This document shows, piece by piece, positions 46,851-57,649 of a stretch of 64,000 bases of DNA. The notes beneath the pieces are model-generated. The model did not search any database and was not told where the DNA came from. It saw only the letters and a program-made list of their open reading frames with translations. Source of the DNA: Rhodobacterales bacterium 56_14_T64 (GTDB lineage Bacteria; Pseudomonadota; Alphaproteobacteria; Rhodobacterales; Rhodobacteraceae); contig MAAY01000082.1 in assembly GCA_002162795.1 (NCBI GenBank), positions 15,480 through 79,479 on the forward strand, written 5' to 3'. A program made the translations under genes and the position numbers. How positions within the stretch are numbered: the stretch's first letter is position 1; each line of letters begins with the position of its first letter.

Positions 46851-48173
46851 TCAGCCTCGGACGAAGTGCATGCCCTGGAACTCGGATCTGAATGCCGCGG
46901 TCTCACCTGCCAGTGCCTCAGGCTCCGACGTTCGTAACGCTCGCGCCACCAATGCTGCCAACTTGGCCGCGTGAGCAGGCGTCACTCCACGACGCACCAA
47001 CTCTGGCGTACCGATCCGAAGCCCGTTCATATCACCTTCGACACTGTCAATTGGCAGACCAATACCACAGGCCAGAAAACCAGCCCGTCGCAGCCGCTTG
47101 GACGCTGTTTGCCCCCCGCCAAAAGAGGCCGCCTCCAGAGCAAATTGATGCGACTGTGTCGCGCCGCGATCTGTTGCAAACACAGGCAGATCCAGCGCGG
47201 TCATCTCATGGGCCAAAGCCTGCGACAGCTTTACCATCGCCCGCGCGTAATCGGCACCGTGGTCAACCCAATCCAGCAGGGTCAAGGCCAGCGCCGCTGA
47301 TTTCGCCGCATCAAAATTTGCCGTCATGCCGGGAAAGGCAATTGCATCTAGCCGCTGGGCAATCTCGGCATCATTCGTCACGATCAGCCCCCCGGCCGGC
47401 CCACCTAGGCTTTTGTAGGCGCTCATCGTCATCAAATGCGCGCCCATATCCAACGGATTGGCCCAGGCACCGCCTGCGATGATGCCACATTGATGCGCCG
47501 CGTCGAACAGCACCTTGGCGCCGACCTCGTCGGCAATCATCCGCACCTCAGCCACCGGATGCGGGAACAGGTTGAGACTGCCGCCAATGGTGATCAGCTT
47601 GGGGCGTACCCGCAATGCAAGCGCGCGCAATGCATCCAGATCGACGGTATAACCATCCGCGTTGACCGGTGCAGGGTGGCTTTGCAAACCATAGAGACCC
47701 GCACAGCCATCACCATGATGAGTGACATGACCACCAATCGCAGCAGGCGGCGCGATGATCACATCGCCGGGCTGAGTTAGCGCCATAAAGCCATAAAGAT
47801 TGGCCAGCGCTCCTGATCCAACCCTGACCTCGGCGTAACGCGCGTTGAACACCTGTGCGGCTAGTTCGGCAGCAATCACCTCGATCTCTTCAATCGCCTC
47901 CAGGCCCATTTCGTATTTGTCGCCGGGATACCCCAGCGAGGGGCGGCTGCCGAGCCCCTGCGCCAGTACCGCCTCAGCGCTCGGGTTCATCACATTGGTC
48001 GCTGGGTTCAGATTGAAACACTCATGGTCATGGATCTGCGTATTGCGCGCAATCAATGCGCCGATCTGCGCTGCGGTCTGATCCACAGAGGCCGCCGCGG
48101 TGCGCACCGCCAGTTCCTGTATGCGGGTCTCGCAGTGGGCGGGCACCCAATCACGCGGGGCTAGATGGGTCAT
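46851..48173 (-). CDS. serine hydroxymethyltransferase-family PLP enzyme (divergent paralogue)
   Basis: 440 aa with SHMT-like layout ('NLNPATNVMNPSAEAVL', 'GYPGDKYEMGLEAIEEIE', 'GGHVTHH'). The PLP-lysine region reads 'MSAYKSLGGPAGG' rather than the canonical 'TTHKTLRGPRGG'. Confidence 0.78.
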   Translation of the reverse strand: MTHLAPRDWVPAHCETRIQELAVRTAAASVDQTAAQIGALIARNTQIHDHECFNLNPATNVMNPSAEAVLAQGLGSRPSLGYPGDKYEMGLEAIEEIEVIAAELAAQVFNARYAEVRVGSGALANLYGFMALTQPGDVIIAPPAAIGGHVTHHGDGCAGLYGLQSHPAPVNADGYTVDLDALRALALRVRPKLITIGGSLNLFPHPVAEVRMIADEVGAKVLFDAAHQCGIIAGGAWANPLDMGAHLMTMSAYKSLGGPAGGLIVTNDAEIAQRLDAIAFPGMTANFDAAKSAALALTLLDWVDHGADYARAMVKLSQALAHEMTALDLPVFATDRGATQSHQFALEAASFGGGQTASKRLRRAGFLACGIGLPIDSVEGDMNGLRIGTPELVRRGVTPAHAAKLAALVARALRTSEPEALAGETAAFRSEFQGMHFVRG

Positions 48174-48287
48174 GGTCGGCTCCAGTTCTGATTATCCGGT
48201 CTCTTTGAACCCATCAAAGCGCCCTGCCCCCTTGCCCGCAAATCAGTTTTGCGAATAACTAGGCTTAGAAAAAATAAGGCTCACTCT

Positions 48288-49175
48288 ATGCCCGTCTCTC
48301 CGCCACACGCCAAACCGCTGCCCCTGACCGCCCTGCGCGCCTTTGAAGCTGCGGCCCGAATGGGTGGCTTTGCCGCCGCAGCGCAAGAACTGGCGGTCAG
48401 CCCGGGCGCGGTGTCCGCGCATGTCAAAACGCTGGAGGACACCCTGCGAACACCGCTGTTTGTACGAAGTGCCAAGGGCGTAGAGTTGACCGCGCTGGGG
48501 GCACGGGTATTGCCCGAGTTCACCGCCGCTTTTGATCAGCTGGGGCAAGCGGTTCAACTGCTGCACCGCGAGGCAACCCCGCAGGTGGTCCATATCGCGG
48601 CTCTACCAGCAGTCGCGCAACTTTGGCTGTCGCCACGATTGCCCGCGCTGCGCGCTGCGTCTCCGGACATTGAAATCTCGATCACTGCAATGGAGACACC
48701 CCCCAACCTGAAACGCGCGCCTTATGACCTGTGCCTGTTCTACGATTCCGATTTGGGTGAGCCAGTGGACAGCGACGAGATTTTCCCAGTCTGCTCTCCC
48801 GCCGTGGCCGCTCGGCTGCACAGTTTTGCAGATCTTCAGAATGTGCCCTGCCTGACGGATTCCACCTGGTCCAGTGATTGGGCCAGCTGGCTGCAGGCCG
48901 CCTGTCCCGATGCCGGGATCACTCCACGTGGCCCAATGTTCTCTCTCTATGCGCTGGCAATTGAGGAAACCGTAAATGGCGCCGGAGTGCTGATCGGTCA
49001 TGCTGCACTGATCCAGCGCCAACTGAACAGCGGCGTGCTAGTGGCACCGTTTGAAACTGCTCTGCGTCTGCCGCGCAGCCTGCGGCTCTGGAGCCCACGC
49101 CGCCATCGTCCCGGCAGTCCGGCGCAACAAGTTGCAAATTGGCTGCTTTCGGCGGCAACGGAAACAGCCGCATAG
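48288..49175 (+). CDS. LysR-family transcriptional regulator (GcvA-like), divergent from SHMT-like gene
   Basis: 'LTALRAFEAAARMGGFAAAAQELAVSPGAVSAHVKTLE' wHTH. ATG 48288. Confidence 0.85.
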   Translation: MPVSPPHAKPLPLTALRAFEAAARMGGFAAAAQELAVSPGAVSAHVKTLEDTLRTPLFVRSAKGVELTALGARVLPEFTAAFDQLGQAVQLLHREATPQVVHIAALPAVAQLWLSPRLPALRAASPDIEISITAMETPPNLKRAPYDLCLFYDSDLGEPVDSDEIFPVCSPAVAARLHSFADLQNVPCLTDSTWSSDWASWLQAACPDAGITPRGPMFSLYALAIEETVNGAGVLIGHAALIQRQLNSGVLVAPFETALRLPRSLRLWSPRRHRPGSPAQQVANWLLSAATETAA

Positions 49176-49221
49176 AACCGTCAGTCAGCTGACCTCACCC
49201 GCTCCAAAGGCGAGCCAGCCT

Positions 49222-49962
49222 CTAAATCAAGAAGCCGCCATCGTTATCGTCGCCAGCTTCCTCCAGCAGGCGCCCCATGTCGGGCACGGTAATGTGTCGT
49301 TTGCCGTCCAGATGGATCACTTCATCTCGTTTTAACGCCGACATTTGGCGACTGACCGTTTCCAAAGTCAGACCCAAATAGTCAGCCATCGCCTCGCGGG
49401 TCAGCGGCAGATCGAACACCATGATGTCATTGTTTTTGTCAGGCGTCGGCGCTGTATTGCGGCGGGCAATGATCGACAGCAAGCTGGCAATCTTCTCACG
49501 GGCGGTCTTGCGGCCCAGCACCAACATCCATTCACGCGCGGCGTCTAGCTCATCCAGGGTCATTTCCAGCAAGCGATGCGCAATGTGCGGGGTGCGTTCC
49601 ATCAGGTCTTCGAACGGTTTCTTGCGGAAACAACACATCACCACATCGGTGGTGGCGATCACATTATAGGCCGCCCCGCCGCGTCCCGGTCGACCAACAA
49701 AATCACTGGGCAGCAGCAGGCCGACCATCTGGGTGCGGCCATCCTCCATGGTCTGGGTCAAAGTTGCGATCCCAGATACGACCGAGCCAACAAAGCTCAT
49801 CTTGTCGCCGGACCAGATCACCGTCTGGCCCGCCTCATAGCTGCGGTAATATTTGATGGCGTCCAGCTCGACCAATTCATCGGCATTGCACCGCGCGCAA
49901 ACGGCGCGATGGCGGATCGGGCATGCCTCGCATTTGGTCGGCGTAAAGTTTGGGGTATTCAT
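49222..49962 (-). CDS. fnrL: Crp/Fnr-family oxygen-sensing regulator
   Basis: N-terminal Cys cluster 'CEACPIRHRAVCARC' plus an internal Cys (4Fe-4S ligands), a cNMP-like barrel and a C-terminal HTH 'TREAMADYLGLTLETVSRQMSAL'. ATG 49962; the track ORF starts at a TTG at 49974. Confidence 0.88.
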   Translation of the reverse strand: MNTPNFTPTKCEACPIRHRAVCARCNADELVELDAIKYYRSYEAGQTVIWSGDKMSFVGSVVSGIATLTQTMEDGRTQMVGLLLPSDFVGRPGRGGAAYNVIATTDVVMCCFRKKPFEDLMERTPHIAHRLLEMTLDELDAAREWMLVLGRKTAREKIASLLSIIARRNTAPTPDKNNDIMVFDLPLTREAMADYLGLTLETVSRQMSALKRDEVIHLDGKRHITVPDMGRLLEEAGDDNDGGFLI

Positions 49963-49974
49963 CAGCGGTCTCAA

Positions 49975-49988
49975 TTGATCTGGGTCAA
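49975..49988. promoter_or_regulatory. FNR/FixK box between fnrL and hemN
   Basis: TTGAT-CTGG-GTCAA (one mismatch). Its centre is 42.5 nt upstream of hemN ATG 50024, and the box lies 13 nt upstream of fnrL ATG 49962. Confidence 0.65.
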
Positions 49989-50023
49989 AGTTAGTCCTGC
50001 TAGACTTCCGTTAGATTACCCAG

Positions 50024-51379
50024 ATGAGACAGCAATCACAATTGGCCAAGCTCGGTTTATTCGACGCTAAAGTGCCACGTTACACCAGCTATCCAACCGC
50101 TCCCCAGTTCCACAATGATGTTGATCCGGCGCGATTTTCTGATTGGATTTCAAAGATCAAGCCTCACAGCTCGATCTCACTGTACATCCATGTGCCGTTC
50201 TGCCGCAGGCTGTGTTGGTTCTGCGCATGCCGCACTCAGGGCACCCAGAGTGATTCTCCGGTGCGCGCTTATCTAAAGGTTCTGAAGACCGAGATTGAGA
50301 TGCTGGGCCGCATCCTACCCGAGGGCGTGACCCTGTCACGCTTGCATTGGGGCGGCGGCACCCCAACCTTGCTGGCACCGGATATGATGGCTGAACTGGC
50401 CGCGGCAGTTGCCGATATTGCGCCTTTTTCCCCCGGCGCCGAGTTCTCGGTTGAAATCGACCCCAATGAGATCGACGAGCCGCGTCTGGATGCATTGGCA
50501 GCGGCAGGCATGAACCGAGCCTCAGTCGGGGTGCAGGATTTTGACGCCGAGATTCAAAAGACCATCGGCCGCATTCAAAGCTATGAGATCACCCGCGACG
50601 CTATTGAGATGATCCGCGCCCGTGGCATCCACAGTCTAAACGCCGATATCCTATATGGGCTGCCGCATCAGACCCAGGAACGGATGACACAAAGCGTGCA
50701 GAAACTGCTGTCGCTTAACCCCGACCGGGTGGCGCTGTACGGCTATGCACATGTGCCCTGGATGGCAAAACGGCAGCAGTTGATTCCATCCGAGGCATTA
50801 CCAACGCCACAAGAGCGGCTGGCGCTGTATGAAACCGCCCGCAAGTTGTTTTTATGGGATCAGTACAACGAAATCGGCATCGACCATTTTGCCACCCCGT
50901 CAGATGGGCTGACCACCGCGCAAAAACTCGGACAGCTTAAGCGCAACTTTCAGGGCTATACCGATGATCAATCCGAGGTGTTGATTGGGCTTGGTGCCTC
51001 GTCGATCTCGCGCTTCCCGCAAGGCTATGCGCAGAATGCGGGTGCCACATCAGTGCATACCAAGGCAATCCGCGCGGGTGTGTATTCCACCGCACGTGGT
51101 CATGTATTCCAAGGTGAGGACAAGCTGCGTGCCCGGCTGATCGAAGCCTTGATGTGCGATTTCCGCATCGAGTCGGCAGAAATTCTGGCCGAATTCGACA
51201 TCTCGGCGGCAGACTTACACGCGATGTTCCAAACCGCAGCCACCCAGTTCCCGGATATGCTGCAGATCCTTCCGGATAGGCTGTATATTCCTGAGCACGC
51301 CCGGCCGCTTACCCGGATGATTGCCCGCTGTTTTGACGCATATGATCTTAGCAAGGCGGGACATTCCTCGGCGATCTGA
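50024..51379 (+). CDS. hemN: oxygen-independent coproporphyrinogen III oxidase (radical SAM)
   Basis: 'PRYTSYPTAPQF' and the radical-SAM 'HVPFCRRLCWFCAC' motif. 451 aa. Confidence 0.93.
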   Translation: MRQQSQLAKLGLFDAKVPRYTSYPTAPQFHNDVDPARFSDWISKIKPHSSISLYIHVPFCRRLCWFCACRTQGTQSDSPVRAYLKVLKTEIEMLGRILPEGVTLSRLHWGGGTPTLLAPDMMAELAAAVADIAPFSPGAEFSVEIDPNEIDEPRLDALAAAGMNRASVGVQDFDAEIQKTIGRIQSYEITRDAIEMIRARGIHSLNADILYGLPHQTQERMTQSVQKLLSLNPDRVALYGYAHVPWMAKRQQLIPSEALPTPQERLALYETARKLFLWDQYNEIGIDHFATPSDGLTTAQKLGQLKRNFQGYTDDQSEVLIGLGASSISRFPQGYAQNAGATSVHTKAIRAGVYSTARGHVFQGEDKLRARLIEALMCDFRIESAEILAEFDISAADLHAMFQTAATQFPDMLQILPDRLYIPEHARPLTRMIARCFDAYDLSKAGHSSAI

Positions 51380-51454
51380 TCCATACCCGCCGAGGAGGAG
51401 TAAAATTTTGCGCAGAAATCTGGTCGGATTTTTCAAAATTCCGGGTGCGGATCG

Positions 51455-53035
51455 TTACCCCGCGGCCGCCAGCAGCGTGCGGGTATATTCATGCTGTGGC
51501 TTGGTAAAGACATCTTCGACGTCCCCACTTTCCACCACATCACCCTGCTTCATCACCAGCACCCTATGCGACATCGCCCGCACCACGTTCAGATCGTGTG
51601 AAATGAACAAATAGCCCAGCCCGTGGCGACGCTGCAGATCGCGCAGCAGATCAACGATCTGCACCTGCACGGTCATATCCAACGCCGAGGTCGGCTCGTC
51701 CAGAACCACCAGTTTGGGGCGCAACACCATGGCGCGGGCAATGGCAATGCGTTGGCGTTGCCCCCCCGAGAACTCATGTGGATAACGATCCATTGCCGCC
51801 GGGTCCAACCCCACTTCGCTCATCACCTCGGCAACCAGATCGCGTGGATCTCGATCCGGGTCAATTTTGTGTATCGCGACTCCCTCGGCGATGATCTGCG
51901 AACAGGTCATCCGGGGCGACAGCGAGCCAAAGGGATCCTGAAACACGATCTGCATATCCTTGCGCAGCTTGCGCAGGTCACGGGTCGAGCATTTACGCAG
52001 GTCATTGCCTTGAAAGCTCACCCCGCCCTCGGAGGCTATCAGCCGCATCACTGCCAGCGCCATCGTGGTCTTGCCGGACCCACTTTCACCGACAATGCCC
52101 AGCGTCTCACCGGCGCGCACCGCAATCGAGCTGGGATTGACCGCCTTGATGTGACCAACAGTCCGTTTCAACAATCCACGCTGGATCGGAAACCAGACCT
52201 TGAGATCATCCGTGTGGATCAGCTCTTGAGCATTCTCAGGCACGGGGTCAGGGCGACCAGTCGGTTCAGCCGCCAGCAACATCTGCGTGTAGGCGTGTTG
52301 TGGGTTGGTGAAAATATCTGTCGTGGGCCCGGCCTCGACAATCTCGCCGTCCTTCATCACGCAGACCTTGTCGGCGATGCGGCGGACGATGTTCAGGTCA
52401 TGGGTGATGAACAGCAACCCCATGCCTTCGCTGGATTTCAGCTCTCCCAGCAGATCAAGGATTTGCGCCTGAATGGTCACATCCAGCGCCGTGGTTGGCT
52501 CATCCGCGATCAAGATGTCAGGCTTGTTGGCCAGAGCCATGGCGATCATGATGCGTTGCCGCTGGCCACCGGACAACTGATGCGGATAGGCACCCAAGCG
52601 ATCCTCAGCATCGCGGATGCCCACTTTATTCAGCAACTCTAGGATCAGCGCTCGCGCCGCCGCACCTGCCAACCCCTGGTGTAGCGCCAGCGATTCGGCC
52701 AGTTGCTTTTCAATCGTATGCAGCGGATTTAACGAGGTCATCGGCTCCTGAAAGATAAAGCTGATGTCATTGCCACGCACATCCATCAGTCGTTGGTTAT
52801 CAGCGCCGATCATTTCCTGACCGTCGTATAGAACCGACCCTTCAACGACGGCGCTATCGCCCAGTAAGGACACGGTGGACAGTGCCGTCACCGATTTTCC
52901 GGATCCACTCTCGCCCACCAGCGCCACGGTTTCACCCCGGTCGACGGTGAAGGACACGCCCTTTACCGCCATCGAGGTTTGACCGTCCTGACGGAATGAC
53001 ACACGCAGGTTGTTCACTTGTAAAAGCGCGCTCAT
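51455..53035 (-). CDS. yejF: ABC transporter ATP-binding protein, fused double ATPase (YejF-type)
   Basis: Two Walker A sites ('GESGSGKS', 'GESGSGKT') and two signatures ('LSGGQRQR', 'FSGGQRQR'). Confidence 0.86.
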   Translation of the reverse strand: MSALLQVNNLRVSFRQDGQTSMAVKGVSFTVDRGETVALVGESGSGKSVTALSTVSLLGDSAVVEGSVLYDGQEMIGADNQRLMDVRGNDISFIFQEPMTSLNPLHTIEKQLAESLALHQGLAGAAARALILELLNKVGIRDAEDRLGAYPHQLSGGQRQRIMIAMALANKPDILIADEPTTALDVTIQAQILDLLGELKSSEGMGLLFITHDLNIVRRIADKVCVMKDGEIVEAGPTTDIFTNPQHAYTQMLLAAEPTGRPDPVPENAQELIHTDDLKVWFPIQRGLLKRTVGHIKAVNPSSIAVRAGETLGIVGESGSGKTTMALAVMRLIASEGGVSFQGNDLRKCSTRDLRKLRKDMQIVFQDPFGSLSPRMTCSQIIAEGVAIHKIDPDRDPRDLVAEVMSEVGLDPAAMDRYPHEFSGGQRQRIAIARAMVLRPKLVVLDEPTSALDMTVQVQIVDLLRDLQRRHGLGYLFISHDLNVVRAMSHRVLVMKQGDVVESGDVEDVFTKPQHEYTRTLLAAAG

Positions 53036-54138
53036 GAAAAGGTCTTTCTGGGATCAAATGCATCGCGCACACCTTCAAAGATGAACACCAGGAGCGACAG
53101 CATGATGGCAAAGGTGAAAAACGCGGTGAAGGCAAGCCACGGGGCTTGCAGGTTATTTTTCGCTTGCAGCGTCAACTCGCCCAGAGACGGGGCCGAGGGC
53201 GGCAGGCCGAAGCCAAGAAAGTCGAGCCCAGCCAACGTTCCGACGGTACCAGTGACGATAAACGGCATAAAGGTCAGCGTCGCCACCATCGCATTGGGCA
53301 GCATGTGACGGAACATGATGGTCACGTTGCCAACCCCCAGCGCCTTGGCCGCACGGACATATTCCAGGTTGCGCGCGCGCAGGAATTCCGCCCGCACCAC
53401 GCCAACCAGCCCGGTCCAGCCAAACAGGATCATTAACCCCACCAGCAGCCAGAAACTACGGCCCAGAATGGCAAACAGGATAATGATCACATAAAGCTGT
53501 GGTGTGGCGCTCCAGATTTCGATCACCCGCTGAAACACCAGATCGATCCAGCCGCCAAAATAGCCCTGCACCGCGCCAGCCAGAATGCCCAATATCGAAG
53601 CCGCTCCCGTCACCATCAAAGTGAACAGGATCGACAGCCGGAAACCATAAATCACCCGCGCCAGCACGTCACGTTTGGTATCATCAGTACCCAGCCAGTT
53701 CTGCTCATTGGGCGGCAGTGGTGCAGCGCCAGGGCGGTCAACGGGGGTTCTATAAGAATACCGAATTGGCGGCCACAAGGTCCAGCCTTTGTCGAACCCT
53801 TCAGCCTGATAAGTGCCTGCGTCAATTTCTTCGATGATACCCTCAGGGTCATCAAAACAGTCCTCGATCCCGCCCGACACAATCAGGCATTCAACCTCTG
53901 GATCGCGATAAATCGCCTCAGTTCGAAAATCGCCACCAAAGGCGGTCTCAGGGTAGAAGTTAAACACCGGCGCAAAGATCTCGCCGCGATAGCTGACCAG
54001 GATAGGTTTGTTATTTGCGATAAATTCGGCAAACAGAGAGACGCCAAACAGCACCGAGAAAATGATCATCGACCAAAAGGCGCGTTTGTTGCGTCGGAAA
54101 TTGCGCCAGCGGCGTTGGTTGAGAGGAGACATAGCCAT
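53032..54138 (-). CDS. yejE: peptide/microcin C-type ABC permease (YejE-type)
   Basis: DppC/OppC-like permease that overlaps the yejF start. ATG 54138 (MAMSPLNQRRW...). Confidence 0.83.
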   Translation of the reverse strand: MAMSPLNQRRWRNFRRNKRAFWSMIIFSVLFGVSLFAEFIANNKPILVSYRGEIFAPVFNFYPETAFGGDFRTEAIYRDPEVECLIVSGGIEDCFDDPEGIIEEIDAGTYQAEGFDKGWTLWPPIRYSYRTPVDRPGAAPLPPNEQNWLGTDDTKRDVLARVIYGFRLSILFTLMVTGAASILGILAGAVQGYFGGWIDLVFQRVIEIWSATPQLYVIIILFAILGRSFWLLVGLMILFGWTGLVGVVRAEFLRARNLEYVRAAKALGVGNVTIMFRHMLPNAMVATLTFMPFIVTGTVGTLAGLDFLGFGLPPSAPSLGELTLQAKNNLQAPWLAFTAFFTFAIMLSLLVFIFEGVRDAFDPRKTFS

Positions 54139-54309
54139 TAGACCACCGCCCCCTTTGGCCACGTAACAAGATAACCTTTGCCCTTGCATCGAATAATCAA
54201 GGGCGTGCGTGACCTTGGGGAGGCGTGAAGCGCCTTCCAGGGGGGAAGGTCAGGCGCGCCCGACCTATCGGCCGGGCAAAATAAATACGGATTTCGTCTC
54301 TGCATCGCC

Positions 54310-55395
54310 CTACCCCTCCCGCTTTTCAAAATCGATGCGCGGATCAACCAGCACATACATCAGATCGGAAATGATTCCGACCACTAGGCTCATCAAACCA
54401 AACACAAACAGGGTGCCAAAGATCACTGGATAGTCCCGAGCCACCGCTGCTTCGAACCCCATGCGCCCCAATCCGTCGAGCGAAAAGATAGTCTCGATGA
54501 TCAGCGAGCCAGAGAAGAAGACGCCGATAAACACAGCAGGAAAGCCGGCGATCACAATCAGCATCGCGTTGCGAAACACGTGACCATACAACACCCCGGA
54601 TTCAGACAGCCCCTTGGCGCGGGCGGTGATCACATACTGCTTTTTGATCTCATCCAGGAACGAATTTTTGGTCAACAGCGTCATGGTGGCAAAGGCCGCA
54701 ATGGTCGACGCCAGCACCGGCAGCGCAATGTGCCAGGCGTAGTCAACGACCTTGCCCCACAGGCTGAGCTGGTCCCAATTGTCAGACGTCAAACCCCGTA
54801 ACGGGAAGAACTGCCAATAAGACCCGCCGGCGAACAGCACCAGCAGCAAAATGGCGAAAAGGAACCCAGGAATGGAATAGGCCGCGATGATGGTACCGCT
54901 GGTCCAGGTGTCAAACCGGCTACCGTCATGGATCGCCTTGCGTATACCCAGGGGGATCGACACCAGATAGGCAATGATTGTCGACCACAGCCCCAGCGAG
55001 ATCGACACCGGCATCTTCTCCATCACCAATTCCAGCACGCCAATTTTGCGGAAATAGCTCTCGCCGAAATCCAAACGGGCGTAGTTTCCCAGCATGATAA
55101 AGAACCGCTGCAAGGGCGGCTTATCCAGGCCGAACTGCTCTTCCAGCTCTTTGATGAACTCTTCGGGCAAACCGCGTGAGCCGACATATTGCTCATTTCC
55201 GCTGTCCTGCATGGTCTCAACATCCGAACCACCGCCAGCAAAGCCCTCAAACACATCGCCCCCGCCCTGCATCTCGGCGATGATCTGTTCGACCGGCCCG
55301 CCGGGTACAAATTGCACCAGGGCAAAGTTGATCACCATGATGCCCAGCAAGGTGGGGATCACCAGCAGCAAACGGCGGAGGATATAAGCAGCCAT
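54310..55395 (-). CDS. yejB: peptide/microcin C-type ABC permease (YejB-type)
   Basis: DppB/OppB-like permease. ATG 55395 ([18 protein letters not shown]...). Confidence 0.83.
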   Translation of the reverse strand: MAAYILRRLLLVIPTLLGIMVINFALVQFVPGGPVEQIIAEMQGGGDVFEGFAGGGSDVETMQDSGNEQYVGSRGLPEEFIKELEEQFGLDKPPLQRFFIMLGNYARLDFGESYFRKIGVLELVMEKMPVSISLGLWSTIIAYLVSIPLGIRKAIHDGSRFDTWTSGTIIAAYSIPGFLFAILLLVLFAGGSYWQFFPLRGLTSDNWDQLSLWGKVVDYAWHIALPVLASTIAAFATMTLLTKNSFLDEIKKQYVITARAKGLSESGVLYGHVFRNAMLIVIAGFPAVFIGVFFSGSLIIETIFSLDGLGRMGFEAAVARDYPVIFGTLFVFGLMSLVVGIISDLMYVLVDPRIDFEKREG

Positions 55396-55403
55396 ATCTA
55401 GCG

Positions 55404-57317
55404 CTACCGCAACGCGCCTGAGGAGACCAAGGCCGCGGCGCGGTCCCCATCGATCCACCACAAGTCATCAAAGCCCAGCGCAAAGGGCGGCAGGTTTTCC
55501 GGGAAGGCATACATATCCCAATAGGCCACCCAGTATTTGCCCAGATACCAGATCGGCACCATGATCCGTTTTGACAGCAACACCCGATCCAGCGCCCGCC
55601 CATTGGCCTGCAGTTCTTCGGTAGTTGTGGCACCAACGATATTGTCGATCAGCGGCTGGATGTCCGGGCCATGAACACCTGTCGGGTTGAACAATGAATA
55701 GGCCGCGTCTTCTTCGCCATACATCTGGTACAATCCGGTCGAGGGCTGCAGGGAGCTGCGATAGCCGGCCCGTATCATGTCAAAATCGCGGTCACGCCGC
55801 CGTGCTGTGAATTGCGCGTTGTCGATCCGGTTATATTGGGCGTCGACACCCATGATCTCCAGATTATCGACATAGGGTTGAATGATCCGGTCCAGCGTTG
55901 GTTGATCCGACAGGAACTCGACTTTCAGAGTTTCGCCCGCAGCATTGCGGCGGATGCCATCAGCGCCCACAGCCCAGCCCGCTGCGTCGAGCAGTTTCAT
56001 AGCTTTACGCAGATTGCGGCGGTCATTCTGACGCTTCGCACTGGATTCATGAGCGCTGATGACTTCAGTGGTCAGGATCTCTGGATCCAGCGCATCGCCG
56101 AGACTTTGCAGTATTTCCAACTCACGCCCCTCGGGCAGGCCCTTGGCTTGCAGGTCGGTGCCCTGCCAGAACGAATGACGCTGCTGGAATAACCCATATT
56201 GCAGGCTTTCGTTGGTCCATTGAAAATTGAACCCGAACTGCAAAGCCGCCCGCACCCGGATGTCCTGAAACTGTGGTCGATCCAGGTTGAACACAAAGCC
56301 ACTAGCGCCCGGCGGGTTCCCGTCAAAGAAATCACTCTTGATCACGTTGCCCGCATGCAGAGCCGGGAAATCATAGGCCGTCGCCCAGCTCTTGGAGTTA
56401 TTTTCCTGGCGCAGGGTATAGGCCCCAGACTTGAATCCCTCCATCGCAGCAACGGAATCGGTGAAATATTCAATCCGGATGCTGTCATAATTGTGACGGC
56501 CAATGTTCACATTGACCTTGTCGCCCCAGTAGTTTGGATTGCGTTTGTAAACCACGCGCCGGTTGATGTCATAGCTGTCCAGCATATAAGGACCCGATCC
56601 AATTCCCGGATCCAGACGGGGCTCATCCAAACGACGGTTTTCGGGATCTGCCTCAAACCATGCTTTGGAGAAAATTGGCGTTCCCCCAACTTGGCTGATC
56701 ATCCCGCGGCGCGGGAAATCAGGGTTAAAATAGAATTTAACCCGGTGCGGGCTCAGCGCCTCGGCCTTGGGGATCATCTTGCGCACAAACTCGGCATAAG
56801 ATTTCAGCCCCTGATCCAATAGAATATTGTGGGAAAACACCACGTCATCAGCTGTGACAGGAGAACCATCAGAAAACACCGCCTCGGGGCGCATGTTAAA
56901 AATCACCCAGTCCTGGCTTACAGGATATTCAAGGCTTTCTGCGACCAGCCCGTAATCTGACCCGGGTTCATCATACGACGGCGTCATCAGCGATTCGAAA
57001 TGATCGGTCGAACGCGCCGCGCCGCGCCCCTTGCGGGTATAGGGATTGAAACTGTCGAATGTCCCCTGTGCCCCATAAGACAGCTCGCCCCCGCGTGGTG
57101 CGTCCGGGTTCACATAGTCAAAATGAACAAAGCCTTCCGGATATTTCAAATCGCCAAATTCAGAAAATCCGTGGCTGGTGATGATCGTTTCGTCGGCGCG
57201 CGCCAGGGTAGTAAAAGCCAGTGCCAGAATAAGCCCCATTGCCAACACACCTAAGGACCTTAGCCCAACCTTGTGATCCATCACGCGGGTACGTGCGACG
57301 CTGCGGGGTGTGCTCAT
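55404..57317 (-). CDS. yejA: family-5 extracellular solute-binding protein (YejA-type)
   Basis: 637 aa with a signal-like N-terminus ([20 protein letters not shown]). First gene of the yejABEF-order cluster. Confidence 0.83.
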   Translation of the reverse strand: MSTPRSVARTRVMDHKVGLRSLGVLAMGLILALAFTTLARADETIITSHGFSEFGDLKYPEGFVHFDYVNPDAPRGGELSYGAQGTFDSFNPYTRKGRGAARSTDHFESLMTPSYDEPGSDYGLVAESLEYPVSQDWVIFNMRPEAVFSDGSPVTADDVVFSHNILLDQGLKSYAEFVRKMIPKAEALSPHRVKFYFNPDFPRRGMISQVGGTPIFSKAWFEADPENRRLDEPRLDPGIGSGPYMLDSYDINRRVVYKRNPNYWGDKVNVNIGRHNYDSIRIEYFTDSVAAMEGFKSGAYTLRQENNSKSWATAYDFPALHAGNVIKSDFFDGNPPGASGFVFNLDRPQFQDIRVRAALQFGFNFQWTNESLQYGLFQQRHSFWQGTDLQAKGLPEGRELEILQSLGDALDPEILTTEVISAHESSAKRQNDRRNLRKAMKLLDAAGWAVGADGIRRNAAGETLKVEFLSDQPTLDRIIQPYVDNLEIMGVDAQYNRIDNAQFTARRRDRDFDMIRAGYRSSLQPSTGLYQMYGEEDAAYSLFNPTGVHGPDIQPLIDNIVGATTTEELQANGRALDRVLLSKRIMVPIWYLGKYWVAYWDMYAFPENLPPFALGFDDLWWIDGDRAAALVSSGALR

Positions 57318-57596
57318 CTGCCAATCCTTCTATGCCCAAACCAATTCGATCAGGGGTGTCTCGCCAAGCTAATGGTCCAGAGTAGTAACATTCAAGTTGA
57401 GATTCCGTGATTTCCGCCCGCAATGGTAGCATTTAGCCATTCAATGCCCCCTTTGGCGCTCAAGCTCGATTTGCAGCGAAAAATATCGCCGACGTCGCGC
57501 AGTAGATAGTAGCTTGGCACTGGAGTTATTCAAACAGTCGGCGCCAAACCGGATCTATTTTGCGCTGTTTATCCAACACAACACCTCCCGGACGGC

Positions 57597-57630
57597 AAAA
57601 AGGCCGCTGTACCCGACAGCGGCCTTTTTT
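57597..57630 (-). terminator. bidirectional intrinsic terminator (serves cytochrome c gene)
   Basis: AAAAAGGCCGCTGT-ACCCG-ACAGCGGCCTTTTTT: a 10-bp GC-rich stem with an A-run and a T-run, 20 nt beyond the stop at 57650. Confidence 0.8.
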
Positions 57631-57649
57631 ATTCTACTGAAATGTCAGA

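Noticed and set aside
51623-52642. 339-aa plus-strand ORF (similar cases at 29684..30538, 37014..37823, 41450..42088 and 56199..56822)
   Set aside because: Each is antisense to a confidently identified gene (yejF, the methyltransferase, ccoH/ccoG, LysR, yejA). None has motifs or a plausible start context.
57584-57630. CCUCCCGG segment directly upstream of the strong terminator as an orphan plus-strand sRNA related to the CTCCCG modules
   Set aside because: The shared element is only a hexamer, which is expected many times by chance in 64 kb. The terminator is fully explained as the cytochrome c gene terminator, and no promoter was identified.
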